A DNA stretch of 64,000 nt from Trypethelium eluteriae (lineage: Eukaryota), in contig JAVECL010000042.1 of the NCBI GenBank assembly GCA_051942245.1, forward strand, positions 1-64,000, given 5' to 3'. The position numbers and the translations under genes were made by a program. Under the pieces are notes generated by a model, which saw only the letters and a program-made list of their open reading frames with translations, was not told where the DNA came from and did no database searches. Of the stretch, positions 22,486 to 34,720 are shown piece by piece; position 1 is the stretch's first letter, and each line of letters begins with the position of its first letter.

Positions 22486-24317
22486 TCAATCCCGCTTCAC
22501 TCCAATCATACCCAGCCGGCTGTACCCCAGCACGCATACAAGACACACGAGCAGCATCCAAGCAAACATTGTCCAGAAGCACGCACGATATCCAGCCAAA
22601 AGGGCATCAGGCGACGCCTTATCCGCGTAGTGCGAGGCGTCCGTCGTAGATGCAGCGATAACTGAGGTCACTGCCAATCCAATTGAGGTGCCAAGCTGCG
22701 CGCAGGTGTTGAATACCGCGCCACCCATAGCCTGTGTGTGGGGGGGGAAGACATCGGAAATGACAAGCAAGCCAATGGTGAAGAGGGTGTCTCCGCTCAA
22801 AGGAGCAAAAATCTATGTGATTATAAGTCAATGAGGTGTCTTTGAATCGAGTGGGGAGGATTGTGTGGAATGCAGTGTAAGTGTAATAAGACGGATCGAC
22901 AACATGACCTTGAATGTAGTTGACTTGCTTACCTGCGCAATGAATGCGTCGTACCAGTAGGGCCACTGAGGCTGTATGACAGCCATAAGGAGTGGCGCGA
23001 TGGCGCACAGCCCTGATGAGATCAGCACCGTCCACATGACCGGCATGCGGTTAACAAAGACGCCAGTCAAAAGATTGGCCAAGGCGCCAGCGATGAGGGA
23101 GGGAAGGATTCGCAGCGACGCTCCAAGCGCTGAGTTAGCCTGGACTTGTTGAAAGCTGCGTAGCATCAGTGATGACTCGGTATGGAATGGAGAATGGCAT
23201 GTCGACTCACAACAAACTACTAAATACCTCCATGCAGTTGGTGACGGTGGTGGTGAAGAGAATCATAATGCAGCTACTGGTGAAGATAGAGCTGCGCCAG
23301 AGCGCGTTAGGAATAAGCGCTGGACGGTTGCGCTTCACCTGAAAGTTCATCCATCCGATAAATGCTGGTAATGAGGCGGCACTGAGAACCAAGAGAGCAA
23401 TGTTAGTTGCTTGGCGAATATTGTGGGTGTCGGACGATAACATCCTGCCGTGGGTTAGTCGTGCCAAATCTCGCACAGATGGTCAAACCTTACGCCAATA
23501 CATAGGACAAGGTCGCCAACCCTGTACTTGCGAGTATTGTTCCAACCCAATCGATTTCCAAAGCTAGTCGTTTCCAAATCGGCTGTCCAGGCTCTGGCGG
23601 AGCATCCTGCGGCAAAGCCCAAATACCAACGATAAACAACGCGAAACTAGCAGCACCAGCAAGATAAAACGCTGCTCGCCATCCAATACTGTCAACGAAC
23701 ACGCCGCCCAGAACCAGACCAAGCGAGAACCCGACTGGACCCGCGAATCCGAGACACGCGAAACCCACATTGCGTGGTCGTCCTTCCTCGACGTTCCTCG
23801 AAATGATAGAGATGGACGGCGGGACGATGATGGCGTTTGTGACGCCCTGCAGGCCGCGAAAAGCGATGAGCTCGCCTCCATTTCGTGCAAGACCGCAGGC
23901 GAGCGCACAAGCGGCGAGGAGGAAAGATCCCGTCAGGCTCACGCGTTTAGTGCCAGCGACGTCGGCAATGGAACCGGCCATCAAGAGGCATGATCCTGCG
24001 GTCAGATAAAAGACGGAGGTAGGCCAGAGAAGGAGACTGCCTTCCAGGTGCAGTGTGGCGGCGATGGCGGGTAGGCCGACGACAATGATGCCATTACAGA
24101 AGCTGCTGAAGAGCTGCAAACCCAGCAGCTGGGTAATGACGACGATGGTCCGGTTCTTGGAGAGCGCTGTCGTCGTCAAGTCCGTGGTCGGGATAGCATT
24201 GGGCGGTGTTTCTGTTTGTAGTTCATGACTTCTTCGGGACGCGACGGAAATGTCGGTGATGGCGTCTGATGTGTCAGGCTCGAAGGTCTGCAATTCAGTT
24301 GCTATTTGCGTCGCCAT
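22486..24317 (-). CDS. MFS drug/H+ antiporter (14-TMS, DHA2-like), 4 exons
   Basis: GSIADVAGTKR (MFS motif A), FRGLQG, GPVGFSLGLVLGG, IDWVG; GT-AG introns link the hydrophobic ORF segments. Confidence 0.85.
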
Positions 24318-26484
24318 CTTAGAGATGAGGTTCCGACCTCGAAGGTCTGCAACTCGGCGGCTGACTGAATTCCCGACTCTGAAGGGAGATGCGCACGCAA
24401 CGCTGTCGACTCAGGAAGTCGTCGGCATGACCTGAATAGCGGCCATTGGATTTGTCAGAACGCCATCTACACCACATTGCGGGTCAGGTGATGTGAGAAT
24501 GCTCACTACCTCCTACTGAATCGCCAGATGCCGCAGTGAAGCGTTGAAGCGGTGCCGGAAGCATTGGCGGGAACATTGACGGTAGCGTTGGGTATCCCGT
24601 GGACAGGTTTGAAGCCAAATCAGCCCTCATCCTCCCGCTCCTGTTTGCCGGACAACCGCCCAATCGCCACTATCACAATTTAGCTTGAAAGGAATTGACT
24701 CAAAAGAAGGAGTCGAATAGCAGAAAATTCCATATCTCCTTTAATCAGAAACTTGTTCTAATAATAACGGTCGCGGGACAGCTTGCGAGATTCAATGCGT
24801 TACGCGTTTGTTTACGGTCCCGCCGATCAGTTCAGGATCCGATTCTGTTACCTAATCTGGTCACTGGGTAAAGTGAGAGCTGGATTTTGATAAGATGAGT
24901 AGGTAGCTCATAGGGACGACCGAGAGTGATAGTAGAGTAGCGGCTGTTGATTATGAAGTCCAAAGGCGATGAGAAGATATTCCGACACACAGAGCCTTTG
25001 CGTGTAGGAACATAAGACACACATCTCAAAATGCCGTAGCAGTTATCTTTTCCCGATGAAGGTAAGTTGAAGAGAAGACTGCGGATACTCTACCTGCCTA
25101 GTAAATTTATTAGCTTTGCGTCCGTGCCGTCAAAGGCGTAAGATATTCTATTATTAGAGTACATGATTCGGGTAATTAGCGGCCATGTTCTCACATCTTA
25201 CACCCGGCCCTCAGCCACACTTCAACATCCATAAACTAATGGATGAGATGACGAACAGTGTCCAATGTTCGATTCATCCAGATCCCACGCAAGAACCTCA
25301 GTGGTATGACGTCAAAGAGGCAATTCATGAAGTCTTCGCAGCGAATGCCATCAAACGTCCAAACAGTTTTTACCTCGCCGAAACTGCGCTTCCACTACTC
25401 CACGATGGGAATTGCCCTACTCCACGATGAATGAGACAAATCATATGCTGACACAATACTCACCACATGATCGCCGGTGTAAAGAGAACTGAGGATGTCA
25501 TGGTATGTGTCTATTGAGGTGTGAACCCGGTGGTTGCGATCACGGGAGTGTTAAAAACAGGCACCACCTTCTCGGTCATTAGTTCGGGGAATCTCGGTCA
25601 ACGCCATTTAAGCCGATGGCGGCTTTGAACACCCAGAAAGTGGTTTTACAATTGCCCAGAGTCCTTCCCAAAACAAAAGAGAAACGGCGAGGGATTACTA
25701 GACCATTCGCAGCTGTCCCGCAAGATCCAGCACCTAGAGCATTCACGTGGAACGATAACACTCCCACAGGATTCAATTGACTTACGGCTCGACGCAGAGT
25801 ATGTACTTGATGGATTTATGCAACAGGACGAGGACTATGCAGAAGATGTAAAATAGCTTTGCAAATGACCCTGACTGGCACTAGAAGATCCACCTGGACT
25901 TCAAATGCTATTACTGTCTTCCTGACCAGAGCAACAGTTTCCCTCAGACTCACCATTTTTCATGGCCTGTATAGTCTTAGCGGGGTAATAAGAGTGGTAA
26001 TGCATGTTAGAGCTTAGGGCATGAATGCAGAACTTGTAAGGGCTGTGAATATTTCCTAGTGTTCTAAGACCGACCGTATTGATGCAGACCCTGTCTTATG
26101 TTGAAAAGCTGTAGTTACTACATCTTTTCCGGAGCCCCGTATGTTTCCCGATCCGCATTTACGAATGCACAAGGGACCCATAATTTTGTTCTACCCTTTT
26201 CTATATGCTACAAGATGCGTAGAGTCTACAGAATTCCAGTGGTCATAGCGAATTTCTACACAGTAGAAGTACGGAAGCCAATCCTGTATGGTCCAAGTGG
26301 AGATTGGGTCATTGATATTAAGAATGGAATTGATATTAAGAATGAAATTGATGACAATGTTATTGTTATTGCATGACGCAGATGAGACGAGAGAAAGCGA
26401 AACCCTCATGCTCGAAGACAGTGTTGAAATGCTTCCCGATGGCTTCTTTGTCTTCTCGATCGTGCTATACGCACTGTGCGTATG

Positions 26485-27141
26485 TTAGTCTTCTCTACTC
26501 ACAAGATCAAGTAAGGTCTTCTTACCCTCTTCGGTTAGATTCACTCCATATTCCAATTCGAAGCATATTTTTGCTTTCGTCCTGATGGAAGAGAATATTT
26601 GTAGTATTTCTTGGTCTTGGTTCTCGCCTTTCCGATTGATCAGGAAGCTGCCCCCAAAGATCCTGATTCGTAGAGTCTCGAGATTTTCGAACTCTCCAAA
26701 CCATTGTGAGAAGCTCGTGATGTTGGCTGTACTATAATCAATTCTGTATCCCAACGAAGGCATCCTTAGCCAGACTCCAAGCTCGAGATGGCGAACAAGA
26801 GGTTCCCAATTTGGTGGGAGTTGCCTGGCGTTAATAGAGCCGCAAAGCTCTATATCAAAGGGAGTATGCTTCATGTACTCGCTAATCACTTCATCTCGGG
26901 TCTGCTGAGATAGTGAGAAAAGTTTGAGAAGCTGTTTTATGCCTTCTTTTATACCTAAGTGGTAAGAACATTCTCTGCTATCTGCACCACAGACTGAACA
27001 AATCTCAATGATTTCGTCGTTTTCATTCCGATGCTTATTTCGAACTGACAACGAACATGGAACGTCCAGCCAAGCGATAGGTTCGACATACTGATAAATC
27101 TTGAGTCTGACTTCAGTTGGAAGGTCCATAAGTCCTAACAT
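26485..27141 (-). CDS. Hypothetical protein with F-box-like N-terminus
   Basis: 218-aa ORF starting LMDLPTEVRLKIYQYV. Confidence 0.6.
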   Translation of the reverse strand: MLGLMDLPTEVRLKIYQYVEPIAWLDVPCSLSVRNKHRNENDEIIEICSVCGADSRECSYHLGIKEGIKQLLKLFSLSQQTRDEVISEYMKHTPFDIELCGSINARQLPPNWEPLVRHLELGVWLRMPSLGYRIDYSTANITSFSQWFGEFENLETLRIRIFGGSFLINRKGENQDQEILQIFSSIRTKAKICFELEYGVNLTEEGKKTLLDLVSRED

Positions 27142-27999
27142 TTCCGTTGCTGCTCCGACTTCTGGGAGTGAGTTGTTGAGGATACGAGATTGAGTTAAGA
27201 TTTGAAGGGTTAGAAATAAAGCAGAAGACTAGGGCGACGAGGATCAGATATCGGATTATTTTTCTCTCGTAGCTCTTCCTAAGAAACCGGTGGGCTTCTT
27301 ATATTACGGAATCGAGATGGCTTTGTTCGAGTCATCTTCTGTTGTGACTGTGAAACTCGATAACAAAAGTCACAGTTCCTATCCTCGCTGCTCACAACTA
27401 CACAAATAGGTAGGTACCTCATAGATAAATCTCCCTTTTTCTTTATCCCTTATTCTTTCCATTTTTCTAACGTCCTCACTTTCGTCTATCTCATGTCTAA
27501 TTATTCATTCTCTTCTTAATTTTGACATTTTTTTCAAGACATATTAGCTCACGTACAGGAGTGCTCCGGAAAAGTGGAATCTCGCCAATTGAGAACAGTT
27601 TCAGACCCCAGGTCAAGGTACTTTTTTTGGTCAGGCGGACTAGTGTCCATGCCATGGCAGGAAGGCAGGCACAGGGGGTGATGTAGTTCGGCCCCTACTA
27701 AGACCCCTCTCATCTACAACTCCTATAAAGTAGCTTCAGCATGCATATGAGACACTCGTGATGTTGTTCAGCAGAACGAATTCGGATAAAAGGACTCGAT
27801 TGAACCTATCTAGGTGCCCTGGGGCGAAGGCTGTTATATACATGAACCTCATTGATTTGAGGGTGGAGGTCAATTACTAATTAGGTGGCAGATAGAGGAC
27901 GAAAGGATCTACATGATGGATCTACATGTAGGTCTATGCGCAGGGTAATGCGTAGATGAGGTGTGGTAGAGTAAACCTCCGCGCGAGGCTAGGTTGATT

Positions 28000-28000
<1 letters not shown>

Positions 28001-28048
<48 letters not shown>
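28001..28048. repeat. Microsatellite (ATC)16
   Basis: Perfect trinucleotide repeat read directly. Confidence 0.97.
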
Positions 28049-28049
<1 letters not shown>

Positions 28050-28129
28050 ACGACAACATTAATCATAATCAATGAGACACATTGCTCTCCTTATTTTGCT
28101 TCCCCTATTTGGCATCAATCTCAATTTGG

Positions 28130-28400
28130 CTCCCTGCCAAAGAGAAAGCTACACAACTGGCACAGCTTCTGTCAGTATGCTGCGAACTCAATAGCTATCT
28201 GTACAAGATAAACAATGCTGAGAGCAACCTGTCTGAATGTGGTGAGCCAGACCCGGTGAAAACCTTTCTTCAACACTGTCCGTGGTGTCTAGAGGAGTGT
28301 CAGACCACGCGGCAGAGCGATAGACGTATTCCTTGTACAGCGAACCTCTTGATGGCATTTAGGTCACAGAAAATGGATGGGGCTGTTATCAAGTTGTTAC
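28130..28400 (+). mobile_element. Degenerate 3' fragment of a non-LTR (LINE/Tad1-like) retrotransposon ORF2
   Basis: KATQLAQLLSVCCELNSYLYKINNAESNLSECGEPDPVKTFLQHCP resembles the post-RNase H LAQLRTG..LNxYL..I...S..C.CG..ETV.HFL..CP zinc knuckle, with ligands mutated. Confidence 0.6.
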
Positions 28401-28697
28401 CAAATTGGCAAGTCATCCAGAAAACACTTTCATTAGTATCGCAAAGAGAATACCCTACGATAGAGCTCAGATTAGATATGGAAGTAGCTTGTAGAGTCCT
28501 TTCTAAACTAAAGGGACAAAAAAGGGCATACCGTGCATTAGTCAGCTACGTATCATAGATCCCCACATGAGCCCACGCGCCACTTTCAAAGATGAGTAGG
28601 AAGAAATCAATCAATCATTAATCATTCGACAAGCTGTATGAGTAGCAGCTGAGATCAGGGCATACCTCAAAACTACCCAATTCATTCTGCTAGCACC

Positions 28698-29610
28698 ATG
28701 GGAAGATTGCAAGATTGCCTAAACCCTAGGTCTAGATTCAACGCATTTCTACATGTGTTGCGCACACTCTGGAATGGTTTCATCGCACTTACAAGACTAG
28801 GTATCCTTTTCAACCCTTGGAGTACATCTTCCAGTCTTGTCGAGGATCTTCTCAACATCGAGTCAGAGGCTGAAGCAGATTTTTTGATGGAAAGATGGAA
28901 AACTCAGAAACTAGAAGAGTTGTCCCTAGTTGCGCTTGTTGTAAGTTTCCCCTTTCCAGAAGGAATGCCTTCTTTTCATCCGTCTTAGAAACCTTTTCAG
29001 TCTGTGCATACTGATACTCTTTTCTTGGCAATAGAGCACCCTCATCAGTGGCTTAATTTCTGCATCTTTTAGCTGGAAGCTCATGCAGGACCAGCCGACC
29101 GCAGCCTCAAGCTGTTGGTACAGCTCCCTGCTGCTGTCCGTTGTCGCAATCACCTCCGCATTGCAACAGAGCAACAACTTGCGCAAAATAACTGCAGGCA
29201 CGAAGGGCAATAGGAATCTGCGACAATTACTCGATCGCGATTTTAGCTCATTGGCGCCAGAGGATGGAAGACGGAAGGAAAGTCAGGCACTACATTTTGT
29301 GTTCCAGACTCCTATAATGCTTCTCAACTTTGCTATAGATCTCTATATTGTGGGCCTTCTAATCCTCGTCTTTGGAAATGCCGTGGCAAGAGGATCTGGT
29401 TCATTTGGTAAAGAAATAAATGTACGGCCTCTTCTCAATAATTCCTCTGTTGCTGACAATATTCCTTCTTCTGCAACTGACCCCGTATAGATCGCCATTG
29501 TCTTCACATTCGCCGTACTTTTCGCCCTTGGTAGCTACTTCTACTCCATGGCACGTCTCTATCATAAAGCGAGGGCTATAAGAAAATTCGCAGGAGATAC
29601 ATCAAGCTAG
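28698..29610 (+). CDS. Uncharacterised multi-pass membrane protein, about 249 aa
   Basis: Exons 28698-28940, 29035-29421 and 29491-29610 in frame; about four hydrophobic segments. Confidence 0.7.
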
Positions 29611-31199
29611 TCTGCTTGTGCACAAGATCCATAGCCACACAGAGACATCCCGAGGACATTCTCAAAATGCCTTTTTATATTCCAGACTCAAAACCCTTAA
29701 CCAAAGATCCAGAACCAAGACTTGACAGTTTTGTATGAGTGCCGTGTATTTGTCCCCAAACTTTCTTGATGTATATATCTTCTGCCCTATCACATCCAGT
29801 GGTGAGAAAAAGCTTTGCCGGCTGGTTGTAGGCTGGTACGCACCTTCCATATCGATAGCAGCCTTGCTGACAGTTGTCCACCCTGCATCAAGCTCCTTCG
29901 CATCGGCTGTCAGCGGATCATTCAGGTAATCGTGGGCGGTTCGAATACGTAGGAAGATTTTATTTTGGTCTGTATGAGAGCCAGTCTGCTACAGATATCA
30001 GAGTATGCACTGTCAGGACTCGTACGACACTCGCCTCGTCAGTCCTGGAAAGCTCGTAACACCAGTCCCCAATCTGGATTTGATTAGATATTAGTGTCAG
30101 GGTTTTCGGCTGTAATGATTAAGAGCGATTTCGCTTTACCCTCAAAGTCCAGTGTCTTGTCGGCAGGATAGTGTTGAACGGGATCAGCGACATCCAGACC
30201 TTCTTCCTCGATCCTATCTCAGACTTTTCCAAATTCCTCTTCTTCGGTTTGGCTTTTCGGAAATAGATTTTCATTGGACGGGGTTGGACCAAGTCAGTAT
30301 TTTGGGCTAGGTGCAAACTTTCAGATTTCTTGCGTTGGAAGTGGCGCTCATCCTTTGGGACATTCCTCCGCACCCTCCCAGCCGAAAGACTGAGCAATGT
30401 CAGGAACAAGACCTCAACGTGGAAGATGAGAGGGTTTGGCTGTCGAGATCCCGAGGGAAGCAGAAGGAACAGATGCCTCAAGATACGAGGAGGATAATTA
30501 GACAGTGGCATACTGTTGGATAGAGACTTAGTAATCGCTTGAAGATATATCAGGTCGGGTCAGAAAATATAGGTCAATGTTCAACGGCTTGCTGATCGGA
30601 TCGTTCCGTTATGTATAGGCCGACGCTGAATAATGTCAAGCAGCAGAAACCCTTGCCAGATATAGTCTGGCCAGCGGTATTGGTTCATTATTCCCTCAGA
30701 CTACTGCAACTGTCTCCGTGCGGCGGCAAATTTCCGGAGTCCACAGACCAATCGTACTTTGACTGCTTCATAGCCATCAAAGAGCATGACGCTAGCTAAA
30801 GCAACGTTTGTCCTATCATATTCGTAAATCAGCTTTCGATGCGAACGTTCAATCTTGAATCAGAAGCATTCCCAGTCCAAAAACTACCTTCGTCCTACAG
30901 CCGCCTTCGTCCCAGGAGACCTTGCAGGACAACCAGCATTGATTTACACATCCTGATGGTGCGGCCGTATGCTAGCAATATGACCTACGCAATCAAAAAC
31001 AATTGACCAATAACTTAGTGGCCCGCAAGTGGGATTGAGAAAGGTCTTAGCAAGCTGAGGAAGAGGCTGAGCAGCCAGAGCAATGACTGAGCCGACGTTG
31101 AGCCGGTGGCTATGATTACCACTTTAAGCCTAATTTAGCGCTAATCTGTTTAGGTAATGAATGTGGCCGTCTTCATCTGAGGAAACCGCGGCTACTATT

Positions 31200-32400
31200 A
31201 CTATAATCTACTGCGTCTCGAGATGTTATTAAACCTCTTGTTCCTTCCCGCAACATCACAATGTGGCATTCTTGGCTTTTGCCTTTTCGTTGGTCCTCTA
31301 GGTTCCAATGTTGAATTAGCTTCGCGTCTTGGATTGATGATCGAGAAGCCTCTCTTTCACGATAAGTCGGAGCTCTCGCTAAAGCCTTCACTGAGCGAGT
31401 CGGTATCTTCACATTGCCTAGGTAGGCATAAAGAGATATTCCCCTGTCGAAATTCTCCTCACGTTCGTCGACCCATATCTCTCATCCTCTGGTTGGTTCA
31501 AACACCCTTTGACTCTTTCCTGATGGGCCTTGACCCTTTCTCTAGGCTTTCCGACAGAAGGAAAAGGATGGCGTAAAGGTACGACGCCAAAGCTTAGTTT
31601 TGCTTACTAATCGCTTATGTCTGAAAGTAGAAAAGGAAGCGGGCAGGCCCATACCGACTCCGTACTCGTTCACTACACGATCTGAGAAGGCGGGATCTGA
31701 TGTCTTGCGAAGACGTGAGTCCATGTCTGTTGGAGCAGAGATCAGGTTCTTTAGAGACCAGGGGAGGTCTGGCGCCCCGTTCTGGTGGACTGTAGGAGTT
31801 CTTCCAGAAGTAGGTATCTCTTCCAAACGCGTCAATTCACGGTTGGAATTTCGTTGGGTGCGATAAGGACAATGGGACCATAGAGCATTATACAGGAGTT
31901 TCTTTACGCATCGTGCGAAGTTGTCACCAAGCATTGATCTCAGTGATGTGTAGTTGAACATAGCCCACGGCGGCGGCCTAGGGTATCGAGACATACGATG
32001 AAATTCAGAAGTTGTAGATGAGTGGAGTCAGCAAATACTACTGCAATCAGGCTGTGTCTTTGTCTTAGGCTTGAGTTGGTTGACCAAGAGAGCAGCTTCT
32101 GTGATAGCATACAGAGCGGTCGTCTCACGTCCAGTGGCTCCCTGTTGCCATCGCAATGGCGGCGCTCTGTTTGCCGGCGCCTCTCGGCGTTCAGTAAAGC
32201 CTTTATATCGGCCGGTACATAGATGAAAACCTATCCGAGTAAAGGTATTCAGCAAGTTTGGCCATAGACGTTGTAGAGGAATCGACAGTTGATAGGTCAC
32301 ACGAACCCTTGGGTAATATCCAGGTACGAAATGCAACAGTGTTCTGTTTGCAGGAATACCTCACATCGCCTGCGGCATAGCATAGTGTTGTTTCCATAAA
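31200..32400 (-). pseudogene. Decayed coding sequence, unknown family
   Basis: ORFs 32028..32336 and 31542..31994 share a frame that continues with scattered stops; boundaries approximate. Confidence 0.3.
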
Positions 32401-32533
32401 TGGAAAGCGCTATTTTCTATTAGGCAGACGATGACCCTCGTAAAGCGAAGTATGTACTTCTGTCTGATCGCTGTTCTATTTCGGCTGCTGCACTTAATAC
32501 GATACAAGTCGTCTCCAGCAACCCTTGTCTTGA

Positions 32534-34144
32534 CTAATCTTGTTTCTCCCATACCTTAGCACCAGCGATCCACGTCTGCAGGACTTCGCCCTCATCATCC
32601 AGAACCACAAAATCCGCTCTTCGGCCCTCTTCTAGCTTTCCGCGTGTGTGGTCACCCATCATGTCTGCAATATTTTCCGTCACGCAGCGTACAGCTTCAG
32701 CAAGCGTACAGCTACTAAACGCCATGAGGTTCCTCACGCATTCTGCCCATTACTTGTTAGCCCAGCTTTCCAAGAGCGGACAGGATTGCGCGAAGGGAAC
32801 GAACAGCAAGATGAATAGACCATCTAACTTACCCTGCAAACTGGCACACCCTCCAATCAACGTCTCGGTCCCCTCCTTCACCACCCGACTTCCTTCCTTC
32901 ACCTGCCGCCCTTCCACTTGCGCATGCCCTTCATACACACCGTCCTGCAGACCCGCGAGCTCAACGCTGTCAGTCACGAGCACGCACTTCGATGGGTTCG
33001 CACGGTACAGCAGCGACACAATGGATGGGTGTAGGTGGTGGCCGTCGGCAATCAGGGAGTAATAGGGCGGATTCGGATTCGGCTTGGCGGTGAGAGAGGT
33101 CGAAGTAGGGAGGGATGGTGAAGTCGGAGAGATGAGGGCTGCGAAGGGCGGGGAGCGGTGGTGGAGCGGGGGCATGGCATTTAAGGTATGGGTCAGGGCG
33201 GTGGCGCCGGCGGAGATGGCGGTGAGGCCTTCGTCGTAGGTACTGTATGGAAGAGTGATGTCAAGATGATATTGATTTAATGATCCATGGTAGGGGATAT
33301 TTGGGGGGTCCTTACGCGGAACTGTGGCCAAGAGAGACTTTGATGCCGGCTTTTGTGAGCTGGGAGATCAAGCTTGAACTTCCTTCGAGCTCCGGAGCGA
33401 CGGTAACGAGTTTCACGGTGGAGAGGTCCCCATAGACGCTCGATGGAGGGTTCTCGGCTGGCAGTTGGAAGAGTGATGGATTGTGAGCGCCAGCTTTTGA
33501 GATGTGAAGATACGGGCCTTCGGCGTGCGCACCGAGGAGGGACGCAGAGTTTGGGATAGAGCGTGGGCGAAGGGAAGGAAGTACCTGACGATCAGTATGT
33601 GAGGGTCTGGGTTTTATTCGCGGATATTGATCAACATTCTGTTGCAAGGCTTTTGCAAAGGATAAATCTTGCTACTACCTTTTGGAAGTGGTCAGGAGAT
33701 ACAGTGGGCACGGTACCCCAGAACCCAGTCACTCCTTGGCTGGTATAGAATTTGGCAATTTTTTCAAGCTGCTGCTCGTACTTTTCATCGTTTTCAAAAT
33801 GCGTAAAGTGAAAGCCCAGAACGCCATTTGTCTGTAGCTCCAAGAAGCCTGGGGCAATGATGCCACCTTCGAGGTCTTACAACACGCGTCAATACAGGGA
33901 AAACGAGAAACAGAGATGGACTTTATTTTATGGTTGAAAATCTACCTACCTATTGCTTCGCCTCCAATGTATCCAGTCCTCTTAAGGATCTTGCCGGTCT
34001 ACTATTTTCACGTGTAAGCAGGCTTCAACCCCATATCCGAAGATTTTTCCTGCCCACCTCGTCGGAAACCACCAGTTGGTCTTCAACAAGCTCGCCATGA
34101 AGACACAGGCGGCAATTCATAAATGTCGTAAACCAGCCCGACAT
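32534..34144 (-). CDS. nagA: N-acetylglucosamine-6-phosphate deacetylase, multi-exon
   Basis: PGFLELQTNG, HAEGPYL, GHS, THTLNAM, IADGHHLHP, VTDS, GRRADFVVLD; ATG at 34144 (MSGWFTTF). Confidence 0.9.
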
Positions 34145-34720
34145 ATCGTCGCTTGCAAGGCTCGCGTTGTCCAAGGATGACGAAAAAAAGCACGACGCGT
34201 GCAGAAGCACTGACTCAAGGAATGTGGCTTGACACGGGGGATGTGCTGCCAGGATCGTGGCACTATTGGAAGATCTCTGATCCGTCCGACCTAAGTCGAT
34301 TGCTCCACAGGGCGGTCTGCTTGGTTCTGATACGCAATAATTCGGCATTGGTGAACTGAGAGCGGCTGCATGCGTCTGTCTGGCCAGCTCTACGCTATCC
34401 CCTTGACCTGCAGGAGTCGCAACTCCTGATGTGGATTGACAAGTCGGCCAGTGGACCGGAAGAGGCACTTTCTGCATTTCCCGCCATGACGTAGCCCCGC
34501 AATCTCGACCTTAAGCCACAAGCCACGAGCTCCACACCCCTGTCTGTTGAAATCCAATAATCGAGATCCTTCCTTTCATCCTGTTTTGCACAGTGCTGGC
34601 GAAAACCCCGGGGTTGCAGACTTTGTCTTTGGGGAGAGTGTTGACGCTGAACTCCATTGACTTTCTCGACCTCCTCGGCTTGATTGTTGTCCCCAACGCC
34701 AACACCGAGAAGAGCTCGCC

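Noticed and set aside
24800..25900. Short ORFs upstream of the MFS gene
   Set aside because: No recognisable domain or consistent exon structure.
26310..26355. Short duplication attgatattaagaatg
   Set aside because: Only about 2.5 copies of an 18-nt unit; a simple slippage repeat, not a CRISPR array.
29650..30850. RKFGDKYTALIQNC resembles the pseudokinase C-terminus (GEKYKTVVLKC), suggesting a third decayed copy
   Set aside because: Match too short, and the upstream YRHP/DIYSLG/GF motifs are absent; at most an unidentifiable relic.
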